DNA from: an uncultured Acidobacteriaceae bacterium
Lineage (GTDB): Bacteria > Acidobacteriota > Terriglobia > Terriglobales > Acidobacteriaceae
DNA: 64,000 nucleotides
Direction of reading: 5' to 3'
Assembly: GCA_963743135.1 (NCBI GenBank)
Contig: CAVUON010000005.1
Coordinates: 499,732-563,731, forward strand
Part shown: positions 56,417-64,000 of the stretch, piece by piece
How the letters are laid out: every line of letters starts with the position of its first letter
Numbering within the stretch: the stretch's first letter is position 1
Notes under the pieces: generated by a model
Database searches by the model: none
What the model saw: the letters and a program-made list of their open reading frames with translations, nothing else
Told to the model about the DNA's origin: nothing
Made by a program: the position numbers and the translations under genes

Positions 56417-56698
56417 TTAGTCGACAAAATCCAGCGAGCCTCGCTTGAGATGGCTTCCGTAGAGGAAGAAGACGACGGCGAGGACGGCGGTGAGGATGTT
56501 GTAGTAGAGCATGGGATGCACCCAGCCGGGCGAATAGGTCGCGTCCTGTCCTGACCAGACGGTAAGCAGCACGGCGAAGAACAGGAACTGGCCAGCGAGC
56601 ACCTGGCAGGTGAGTCCCCAGCGGCGGCGGTTGTCCAGCTTCTCAACCTGGTCGGGCGTGAGGTTGCGCTCTTCGGCGGGGATGTTGAGATTGGCCAT
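56417..56698 (-). CDS. Small 2-TM membrane protein between etfB and etfA
   Basis: 93-aa ORF with two hydrophobic helices (QVLAGQFLFFAVLLTVW; YYNILTAVLAVVFFLYG). No family recognised. Confidence 0.45.
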   Translation of the reverse strand: MANLNIPAEERNLTPDQVEKLDNRRRWGLTCQVLAGQFLFFAVLLTVWSGQDATYSPGWVHPMLYYNILTAVLAVVFFLYGSHLKRGSLDFVD

Positions 56699-56762
56699 GG
56701 TGCGAACTTCTCCTTCGGGATTTTGAGAACTTTGCGGGCGGGAAAACCGTCCCGGTTATCCA

Positions 56763-57533
56763 TTAAATCACGCGCGCTTCATTTTTGAGATATTCGACAA
56801 GCTTCTTTGCGGTCTCGGCGGGCGATCCCTGGATCATTTCGGTCTTTTTCTGTTTCTCGGGAACGTAAAGGCGCTCGATCTGTTGCTGGTTCTTGCTTAG
56901 TTTTGGCTCGACCTCGGCCCACTCGACTTTGCGGACGGGCTTGGTCTTGGCCTGCTTGATGCCGATGAGTGTTGCGTAGCGAAGCTTGTTGATGCCGCTC
57001 TGGGTGGTGAGCACAGCAGGAAGCTTCATGTCGATGTACTGGTAGTGTCCGGCCTCGAGCTCGCGCTTGAGATGCAGGCCGTCGGCGGTCTTCTCGATGC
57101 CGATGATGATGGTTGCGTGCGGGATGCCGAGGATTTCGGCGAGGAGGACTCCGGTCTGCGCGCAGCCGTAGTCGTCGGACTGTAGGCCGGTGACGATGAG
57201 GTCGAAGTTTTCTTCCCGGACGGCAGCAGCGATGGCCCGCGCAGTGTTGGCGGAGTCGAGGCGCGTGAATTTGTCGTCTTCTAAATGGATTGCGCGGTCG
57301 GCTCCCTTGGCGAGGGCTTCGCGCAGAACCTGCGAGGCTCGCGCGGGACCGGCGGTGAGGACAACGACCTCTCCCTGATGCTGGGTCTTTTGGCGGAGAG
57401 CCTCTTCGAGGGCGTAGGCGTCGGGCTCGTTGACCTCGTAGGAGACGTCTTCGCGAATCCATTTGCCATCTTCGCTGAGCTTGAGCGGCGCGTCCTTTTG
57501 CGGAACCTGCTTGATGCAGACAAGAATCTTCAT
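56763..57533 (-). CDS. etfB: Electron transfer flavoprotein beta subunit
   Basis: MKILVCIKQVP N-terminus and overall EtfB pattern. Confidence 0.9.
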   Translation of the reverse strand: MKILVCIKQVPQKDAPLKLSEDGKWIREDVSYEVNEPDAYALEEALRQKTQHQGEVVVLTAGPARASQVLREALAKGADRAIHLEDDKFTRLDSANTARAIAAAVREENFDLIVTGLQSDDYGCAQTGVLLAEILGIPHATIIIGIEKTADGLHLKRELEAGHYQYIDMKLPAVLTTQSGINKLRYATLIGIKQAKTKPVRKVEWAEVEPKLSKNQQQIERLYVPEKQKKTEMIQGSPAETAKKLVEYLKNEARVI

Positions 57534-57656
57534 AGGGAACGGGTCAGTATAGCTGAAAAACAGGTATCAGGGCGCAGGGCACAGCAAAGAGCCCCGCTAA
57601 GGAATCCTTCAGGGAATTTGCGACATCCACCCATATGCGTGTGGAAGGAGATTGAA

Positions 57657-58103
57657 ATGCCAATGATTCGAGCCTGTCAGCATTGCGGTGCCAAAAATCG
57701 GGTTCCAGCTTCTCATCTTGCCGATACGGGGCGTTGCGGAGCGTGCAAACAACCGCTTGCGCCGGTAAATGAGCCGATTGCGGCGGATGCTGCGCTTTTT
57801 GACGATGTGGTGCAGACGGCGCGCGTGCCTGTGCTGGTGGATTTCTGGGCAGAGTGGTGCGGGCCGTGCAAAATGGCGGCTCCGAATGTGGCGCGGACGG
57901 CGGCGGACATGGCAGGCAAAGCGATTGTGCTGAAGGTGGACACGGAGCAGCATCCGCAGCTTGCGGCGCGGTATGACGTGCGCGGAATCCCTAACTTTGC
58001 AGTTTTTGCGAAGGGCAAACTGGTGCAGCAGCAGGCGGGGCTGGTGTCGCACGAGCAGATGGAAGCGTGGCTGGATGCGGCGCGAAATGGTTCTGTCGGG
58101 TGA
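57657..58103 (+). CDS. trxC: Thioredoxin 2-type thioredoxin with N-terminal zinc finger
   Basis: AAGGAG RBS. CQHCGAKN...CGACKQ zinc ribbon. WCGPC active site. Confidence 0.85.
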   Translation: MPMIRACQHCGAKNRVPASHLADTGRCGACKQPLAPVNEPIAADAALFDDVVQTARVPVLVDFWAEWCGPCKMAAPNVARTAADMAGKAIVLKVDTEQHPQLAARYDVRGIPNFAVFAKGKLVQQQAGLVSHEQMEAWLDAARNGSVG

Positions 58104-58370
58104 TTCGAGGCTCGACGCACACTGTATCCCTTACAGTTCTTTGCAAACCTGAAAATCCAGACGCGCCGCACGGGTGACGGGTGCGAATACCCGATACCTG
58201 GTTCGCGCTGCCATTTCCTGTGTGGACGCGTGCGGACTCGGTGAACCTGCCCGCTCATTCTGAGAGGGCATCTTAAGGTTTCCTTCTCATTTGTTTTTGA
58301 CGCAAATTTCACCTGCGCGCAACCTGTGCCTTCGTCACCCCTTGATACGGTCGCTTATCAGGAGGTAGCT

Positions 58371-60095
58371 ATGAGACGAATCTTTTTGTCTCTTACACTG
58401 CTGGCCACAATTGTGGGGATCAGCGCCGTCGCCGAAGATAGCGATCATGACTGGGATCGCGGCCAGATCCGCCATGTGATGCTGATCAGCGTGGATGGAA
58501 TGCACGCCGTTGATTTTGTGAACTGCTCTCACGGCATTGCGGGTGTCAACAACGGCGAGCCATACTGTCCGGCGCTGGCCGCACTTGGCTCCACTGGGGT
58601 CAACTATGTGGCTGCCAGCACTTCGAAACCCTCGGATTCTTTCCCGGGACTCATGACCATTGTTACCGGGGCCACTCCGCGGACGATGGGCGTTTACTAC
58701 GACGTCTCGTATGACCGTTCACTCGATCCGCCTGCAGTGACCACGGGCAACGGTGTCGCCGCAGGCAAATGCACGGCGAACACCACGGCCACCGGCTCGA
58801 CGACCGAGTTCGATGAGGGGATCGACATCGATCAGACCAAACTGAATGGCGGAGCTCCGGGGGCCAGCCTTACCGATGGCGGAATTGCCTCTATCGAAAA
58901 AGGGCGCCTTGACCGCGATCCCAAGGCCGGCTGTGCGCCGATCTATCCGTGGAATTTCGTTCGAACTAACACGATTTTCGGAGTTATCCATGCGGCCGGC
59001 GGTTACACTGCCTGGTCGGATAAACATCCTTCCTACTCTTCCGTTGCCGGCCCGGGCGGCAACTCGCTGGACGATTACTACTCGCCGGAAATTAACTCGG
59101 CGGTTGTGCCACTGCCGGGCGTTACGACTCCTTCCGGCATCAGCTGCTCAACGATTCCTGACAGCTCCAATATGAGTGCGTGGACGAACAGTTTCCAGAA
59201 TATCCAGTGCTACGACACGCTCAAGGTGAACGCCATTCTGAAGCAGATCGAAGGCAAGACCCATGACGGCAAGGCCGCCCGCGTTCCAACCATTTTCGGA
59301 ATGAACTTCCAGGCGGTGAGCGTTGGGCAGAAGCTTATCGAACCCAGCGCTGGGACCGGCGGCTATGTGGATGCAGCCGGTACGCCGACTGCTTCGCTGT
59401 TGAGCGAGATTGAATTTGTTGACGACGCAATCGGAGAGATGGTCCAGGAGCTGAAGGACCGCGACCTTTACGAGTCGACCCTGATCGTTATTACAGCAAA
59501 GCACGGACAGTCGCCGATCGATCCCAACCGTTACTTTCCGATTCCAGGACATAGCGGGGACAACGGCGAAACGCCCGCGACCCTGATCGCGAACCTGCTG
59601 CCCTCCTCAGAGTCGCCGCTCAACCCCACCGGCATCGGGGCCACCGAGGACGATGTCTCACTTTTGTGGCTGGCGAACTCGGCGAACACGGCCGCTGCTG
59701 TTTCGACTCTTGAAGCGAATGCCGCCAAGGCGGGCATCGGGCAGATTTACTACGGTCCGACGCTTGCTTTGAACTACAACATGCCGGGCCTGCCTCCAAA
59801 CGGTGATCCGCGCACGCCCGACATCATCGTGACTCCGAACGTCGGCGTCACGTATACCGGGAGCACCGCCAAACTCTCTGAGCATGGGGGCTTTTCGCAT
59901 GACGATACCAACGTCATCCTGCTGCTGTCCAACCCGGCGTTCAAGCCGCACACGGTTTACTCCGGCGTCGGCACGAGGCAGGTTGCGCCCACAATTCTGA
60001 GCGCTCTGGGCCTGAATCCGAACAGTCTGGACGGAGTGCGGCTGGAAGGCACACCCGTGCTGCCCGCGGTGAACTTCAACATCAATAATCACTAG
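58371..60095 (+). CDS. Secreted alkaline-phosphatase-superfamily phosphoesterase (NPP/phosphodiesterase-like)
   Basis: AGGAGG RBS and signal peptide. Motifs ISVDGMHAVD, PSDSFPGLMTIVTG, TAKHGQSP, SEHGGFSHDD. Confidence 0.75.
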   Translation: MRRIFLSLTLLATIVGISAVAEDSDHDWDRGQIRHVMLISVDGMHAVDFVNCSHGIAGVNNGEPYCPALAALGSTGVNYVAASTSKPSDSFPGLMTIVTGATPRTMGVYYDVSYDRSLDPPAVTTGNGVAAGKCTANTTATGSTTEFDEGIDIDQTKLNGGAPGASLTDGGIASIEKGRLDRDPKAGCAPIYPWNFVRTNTIFGVIHAAGGYTAWSDKHPSYSSVAGPGGNSLDDYYSPEINSAVVPLPGVTTPSGISCSTIPDSSNMSAWTNSFQNIQCYDTLKVNAILKQIEGKTHDGKAARVPTIFGMNFQAVSVGQKLIEPSAGTGGYVDAAGTPTASLLSEIEFVDDAIGEMVQELKDRDLYESTLIVITAKHGQSPIDPNRYFPIPGHSGDNGETPATLIANLLPSSESPLNPTGIGATEDDVSLLWLANSANTAAAVSTLEANAAKAGIGQIYYGPTLALNYNMPGLPPNGDPRTPDIIVTPNVGVTYTGSTAKLSEHGGFSHDDTNVILLLSNPAFKPHTVYSGVGTRQVAPTILSALGLNPNSLDGVRLEGTPVLPAVNFNINNH

Positions 60096-60112
60096 TATGG
60101 GTTACCCAGAAG

Positions 60113-60150
60113 GGCGCGGACGTCTCTCAAGAGATTTCCGCGCCTTTTCT
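60113..60150 (+). terminator. Rho-independent terminator
   Basis: GGCGCGGA-(16-nt loop with inner TCTC/GAGA pairing)-TCCGCGCC followed by TTTTCT. Confidence 0.65.
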
Positions 60151-60270
60151 ATGTTTGGGATGATGAAGGGCTTGATGAGGGGGCCGCGCCGGACGGGAGT
60201 CTTTTGAGATGGCTGCAGCGTCTACGCTGCAGTGTATGGCTTATGGCTTTTGATGCCGGTGGGGGAATCA

Positions 60271-61314
60271 ATGTCGATCGGTCCACGTTTTGGAATGCTG
60301 CTTCCGCTGCTGCTGTGTGCTGTCGCCGGATTCGCGCAGCAGAACGCTCCTGCGGTTCGGCCTGACCCGGCTACCAGGATTTATCTGGATGTGGTCGTTA
60401 CGCCGAAGGACGGCGCGCCTGTTGCCGAGCTTGGGCGGCAGGACTTTACGGTTTTTGATAACAAGGCTCCGCAGGTGATTACTTCATTCCAGGCGCTTGG
60501 AGGCGACTCGGCTCCGGTTGAGGTCATTGTGGTGGTCGATGCCGTCAACACCGGTTATCAGACTATTGCCTTCGAGCGCGGACAGATTGACAAGTTTCTG
60601 CGCGCGAATGGGGGGCATCTGGCGTACCCCACCGCGCTGGCCATCGTTACGGACACGGGCACGCAAATGCAGAACAACTTCTCGCAAGACGGCAATTCGG
60701 TGAGTGCGGCCCTCGACCAGTTTGCTATTGGATTGCGCGAGCTTCGGCGTTCCTCCGGCATTTACGGTGCGGACGAACGAATCCAGATTTCCATTCAGGC
60801 GCTTCGCCTGCTGGCGACGCGGGAGGCGACGCGGCCGGGACGCAAGATCGTGCTCTGGATTTCACCGGGCTGGCCTCTGCTGACCAACCCCCACATCGAT
60901 CTAGGGATGAACGAGCAGCGAAGGATTTTCAAGACCATCGTCAGCCTATCGACCGAGCTGCGACAGTCGCGCATCACCCTTTACAGCGTCGACCCGCTGG
61001 GCGCTGCGGATGCTGCCAGTGAACGCCTCTTCTATTACAAAGATTTCGTGAAGGGTATTCGCAAACCCAGCCAGGTGGACCTTGCGGACCTGTCCCTGCA
61101 GGTGCTTGCCACTCAGACGGGCGGCCTTGCAGTCAACTCCAGCAACGACGTTGCTGCGCTGCTGCAGAAATGCATGATGGACATTCATGCGTACTATGAG
61201 CTGTCCTTCGATCCAGCGCCCGGCGAGAACGACGAATACCACTCGATCGACGTTCGGGTCGCAAAACCGGGCCTGATTGCGCGGACTCGCTCGGGGTATT
61301 ATTCGGAGCCTTGA
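60271..61314 (+). CDS. VWFA-related acidobacterial-type secreted protein (TIGR03436-like)
   Basis: Signal peptide. Then IYLDVVVTPKDGAPV..L...DFTVFDN...Q.I..F, the typical opening of this family. Confidence 0.75.
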   Translation: MSIGPRFGMLLPLLLCAVAGFAQQNAPAVRPDPATRIYLDVVVTPKDGAPVAELGRQDFTVFDNKAPQVITSFQALGGDSAPVEVIVVVDAVNTGYQTIAFERGQIDKFLRANGGHLAYPTALAIVTDTGTQMQNNFSQDGNSVSAALDQFAIGLRELRRSSGIYGADERIQISIQALRLLATREATRPGRKIVLWISPGWPLLTNPHIDLGMNEQRRIFKTIVSLSTELRQSRITLYSVDPLGAADAASERLFYYKDFVKGIRKPSQVDLADLSLQVLATQTGGLAVNSSNDVAALLQKCMMDIHAYYELSFDPAPGENDEYHSIDVRVAKPGLIARTRSGYYSEP

Positions 61315-61493
61315 GAGAACGCCTTCGGTGGCCGCTCCCACCCCATCCAGCAAAGACCGCTCGCCCGGGGCTCCCGGTCCTTCGCGGCGGGCGGCGCTGC
61401 CTGGCGGATGGGTCTGAGCCGGAATATGTGTCAGGCGGCCATCTGCCCTGAGATGGTTCGGTAGAGTGCCCCTGTTCGCCGCGCTGCGCGGAG

Positions 61494-61775
61494 TCAGGCG
61501 GACTGCAGGAAGGATACGGACTGGATGCCTGCTACCTCGAAGCGCTTTCGGCAGCGGATGTTTTTGCAGGCGACCATGTCGTCTGTGCGGACCATGTAGG
61601 ACTGGGCTTTGGCGAAGCGGGCACGGTCGCGCTCGTCGGCGTTGCGGGGCACCCCGGCTTTCTTGCGGCGAACGAGCCAGCCTAGCTGGTACTCACCGGA
61701 TTGGCCGCAGTGGGGGCAGGTAAGTGTGTGGTTCCGCTGCTCGGGCCGCTCGTCGAAAAAATCCCGTTCTTCCAT
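61494..61775 (-). CDS. Small zinc-ribbon protein (93 aa)
   Basis: CPHCG...(43 aa)...CKNIRC cysteine pairs. ATG at 61775; the longer ORF N-terminus is implausible. Confidence 0.45.
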   Translation of the reverse strand: MEERDFFDERPEQRNHTLTCPHCGQSGEYQLGWLVRRKKAGVPRNADERDRARFAKAQSYMVRTDDMVACKNIRCRKRFEVAGIQSVSFLQSA

Positions 61776-61865
61776 CTGCTGTTCCCCCTGATCGTGTCTG
61801 CGTCTTACAGTGGTTCTGTCTATCCTTTTTAAGATTGTATGGATAGTGGGGGCGGACGGGAAGGG

Positions 61866-62048
61866 ATGACGAAAAAACGTGCGAAGAAGAAGACGTTCTC
61901 GGCGGTGAAGGCGGTGAAAGCCAATGCGCGGGAGCGTGTAGGCCAGCCGAAGCCGGAGCGTGTGATCGAAGAGAAGCCGCGCGCGGACAAGCGCGACGCG
62001 AAGTATAAGGCTACGCTGGAAGATTTGCTGGATCGAGAGAGCCAATAG
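61866..62048 (+). CDS. Small highly basic hypothetical protein (60 aa)
   Basis: ORF only (MTKKRAKKKTFSAVKAVKANARERVG...). Confidence 0.3.
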   Translation: MTKKRAKKKTFSAVKAVKANARERVGQPKPERVIEEKPRADKRDAKYKATLEDLLDRESQ

Positions 62049-62133
62049 CCGTTGGCTGCAACGGGGTAGCGATGAGCGCGGAGGTGCTGCACATGATTCG
62101 GGGTGGGACAGCGGCGAAGACTCGGGCGGCGGC

Positions 62134-62514
62134 ATGAAGTTTCTGGCCATCGCGATTCTTTCGGTTCATCTGCTTTGGATTCTGGCGGTGATCTTTGGCG
62201 CGTTCTTTACGCGGGGGCGTCCGGTATGGAGCGCGCTGCATATTTTGTGTCTGATCTGGGGAATCGTGGCGGAGGTGGGTCCGTGGCCTTGTCCTTTAAC
62301 GCTTGCGGAGCAGCATTTTGAGGCACGGGCGGGGATGCAGGCGTATCACGGAAGTTTTCTGCTGCACTATCTGGACAAGATCATCTATCCCAATATGCCG
62401 TGGTGGCTGGTAGGCAGCATGGGCGTGACGGTGTGCGCTGTCAATCTTGGGGTATATCTCTGGCGGTTTCGCGCGGCGCGAGGCTTGCGCGGGACGGCGC
62501 GTTTTGCCGGGTAA
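62134..62514 (+). CDS. DUF2784-family membrane protein
   Basis: Pattern H..WI....FG........W...H........V......CPLT..E matches DUF2784. Confidence 0.7.
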   Translation: MKFLAIAILSVHLLWILAVIFGAFFTRGRPVWSALHILCLIWGIVAEVGPWPCPLTLAEQHFEARAGMQAYHGSFLLHYLDKIIYPNMPWWLVGSMGVTVCAVNLGVYLWRFRAARGLRGTARFAG

Positions 62515-62735
62515 GGGGGGTGGTTTACAATTCACAACTCCCAGTCAGCCTGCATCTTTCCTCTGCATAACTCAACAGAACACTTTGATTTCTCACTGAT
62601 AATTCTGTCTGCTGCGAAGACGGCAAGTATCACAGTCGGGCTGCCGGTCGTGATCGCTAGGCATTAAGTCAAACGTTTTACTAGAGTGTTTCGCTCATGT
62701 TATAGTGTGTGCTTTCCAATGAGAACATATATTTG

Positions 62736-64000
62736 ATGAACAATTGCGCAGCACGCAGCGGCGGTATTTGTGAGCAGCAGAGAGGCAATCGCAACTTTGC
62801 CTCGAGGGTTGTGATTTTGGGCCTGCTTCAGTGTTTCTTCCTGGCTCTGCCCCAGTGGGCGCAGCAAACAGCGCCTCCGGCGGTTTCCGGATGGGGCGGT
62901 GTGGTGCGTAATGCCTCCGGCCAGCCGATTGCCGGAGCGACGGTCAAACTTTCCGGGCAAGAGGGTGTCCGCACGATTATGACGGGGCCGGATGGAAGTT
63001 TCAGCTTTCTGAATCTCGCGCCGGGCCACTACGCGCTCACTGTAGACTCGCCGGATAAAGCGGCCACGGCTGCGTTATCGATTGAGATTCCGGGTCCCAC
63101 CGCGCTGCTTACGGTTACGCAGCAGAACGCCATTGCGATCAGCGCCGTTCCCCCTGCTCAAGGTACGGCTGCGAAGGCTACGAGCGGCGGCGAAGAGCTC
63201 TCCAGCCGGGCCGTCAGCGAACTGCCTCTCAATGGCCGCGACTTCAGCACGCTTCTGTTGCTTGCCGCAGGAACCATGACGGATGTGAACGGCGCGACCA
63301 ACTTTACCGAGCAGTTCGCGATCAATGGCCAGCGCGGGGTAGAGGCGGTTTTTGCCATGGATGGCGCCGATATCAGTGATCCGGAGATGGGGGGAGCGGC
63401 ATTCAGCAATTTCAACGTCGATGCCATCCAGGAGATCCAATCCAGCTCCGGATGGATGCCGGCGGAGATCGGAAGGGGCGCAGCCGGATTCACCGACATC
63501 ATCACACGCTCCGGCAAAAGCGGCTTCCACGGATCGTTTTTCGAGTTCGTCCGCAACTCGGCCTTCGATGCGCGCAACTATTTCGACTATCCCTCCCTTG
63601 CTGAACCAGGCCGTATCCCGCCCTTCCATCGCAATGAGTTTGGATTCACGAATGGCGGCCCAGTCGTCCTGCCTCATCTGTATGACGGACGCGGGAAGAC
63701 CTTTTACTTCGGCCAGTACCAGGGTTTCCGGCAGGTTCTCGGGACTACGCAGGTTCTCCCCATGCCCACCCTGGCTGAACGCGCCGGGTCCGACACGGTG
63801 ACCTACCCCGATGGCAGCACGGATACGCTGACCGTTCCCGTCAATCCGCAGATTGCCGCTGTGCTGGCACGCTATCCGGTTCCCAACAATCCAACCGGAG
63901 CCTATGGGCCGCGCACGTATGCCGTTCCCTCCAAAGTGGTCACGAACGCCGATCAGTTTTCAATTCGCCTCGACCAGAAACTCGGCGAAAAAGGCCAGTT
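62736..64000 (+). CDS. TonB-dependent receptor with CarboxypepD_reg N-domain, 5' part (runs off the window end)
   Basis: Absent from the ORF track because there is no stop in the window. My own translation from ATG 62736 gives a signal peptide ...LPQWAQQ, then GVVRNASGQPIAGATVKL..., LNGRDFSTLLLLAAG, FAINGQR, NYFD plug/barrel motifs. Confidence 0.8.
   Translation, partial: MNNCAARSGGICEQQRGNRNFASRVVILGLLQCFFLALPQWAQQTAPPAVSGWGGVVRNASGQPIAGATVKLSGQEGVRTIMTGPDGSFSFLNLAPGHYALTVDSPDKAATAALSIEIPGPTALLTVTQQNAIAISAVPPAQGTAAKATSGGEELSSRAVSELPLNGRDFSTLLLLAAGTMTDVNGATNFTEQFAINGQRGVEAVFAMDGADISDPEMGGAAFSNFNVDAIQEIQSSSGWMPAEIGRGAAGFTDIITRSGKSGFHGSFFEFVRNSAFDARNYFDYPSLAEPGRIPPFHRNEFGFTNGGPVVLPHLYDGRGKTFYFGQYQGFRQVLGTTQVLPMPTLAERAGSDTVTYPDGSTDTLTVPVNPQIAAVLARYPVPNNPTGAYGPRTYAVPSKVVTNADQFSIRLDQKLGEKGQ

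Noticed and set aside
62845-62856. 12-nt match (GTGGGCGCAGCA) to the tRNA-Val 3'-end/att core, a possible third att copy
   Set aside because: It lies inside the signal-peptide coding region of the TonB receptor (..PQWAQQ..). The match stops after 12 nt, the flanks do not match, and no integrase is nearby. Most likely a coincidence of a common coding motif.
1-64000. Search for CRISPR arrays, rRNA genes, IS elements/transposases, reverse transcriptases, toxin-antitoxin pairs and additional tRNAs
   Set aside because: No regularly spaced direct repeats, no rRNA-like conserved blocks, no DDE/transposase-like ORFs and no RT motifs were seen. The only tRNA-like cloverleaf found is tRNA-Val at 27888-27962. 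The scan was by eye, so short elements could be missed.

Overview
64 kb of high-GC bacterial chromosome (about 58-60% GC by eye). The gene families suggest Acidobacteriota/Terriglobia: a PadR + duplicated MacB/FtsX 'ADOP' permease pair, a TIGR03436-type VWFA protein, a CarboxypepD_reg-type TonB receptor, and a sigma-E/anti-sigma/DUF3106 triad. The taxon call is inference. Left to right: (1) amino-sugar genes (nagA, BadF-type kinase), an NPP phosphodiesterase, and a pectin/hexuronate locus (GH105, kduI, kduD-eda-kdgK). (2) A ~16 kb island anchored at tRNA-Val(CAC). It is bounded by a 24-nt direct repeat of the tRNA 3' end and carries a decayed tyrosine integrase. Its cargo is PadR/ADOP permease, a decaying L-fucose locus (fucD, RhaT-like transporter, 5'-truncated GH95), an IclR regulator, and a six-gene cluster with three ATP-dependent carboxylate-amine ligases, an M29 aminopeptidase and two esterases. 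This cluster is my top candidate for an uncharacterised system. (3) An ECF sigma operon. (4) An ~8 kb, partly lower-GC block of secreted proteins of unknown function, bracketed by two FtsX-permease gene remnants. (5) Housekeeping genes: S15 peptidase, Ser/Thr kinase, rpiA, ETF-QO, etfB/etfA, trxC, AlkP-family enzyme. This stretch also holds a duplicated ETF-QO 3' end flanking rpiA, two paralogous small secreted proteins, and a low-GC two-gene module (PD-(D/E)xK nuclease-like + membrane-anchored TPR-like protein) directly after etfA, my second candidate. No rRNA, CRISPR array, transposase or reverse transcriptase was seen. Four genes carry single-nucleotide frameshifts, three of them at or beside short mononucleotide runs, so assembly error versus real decay must be resolved from reads. 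All homology calls are by-eye motif recognition; no database search was possible.
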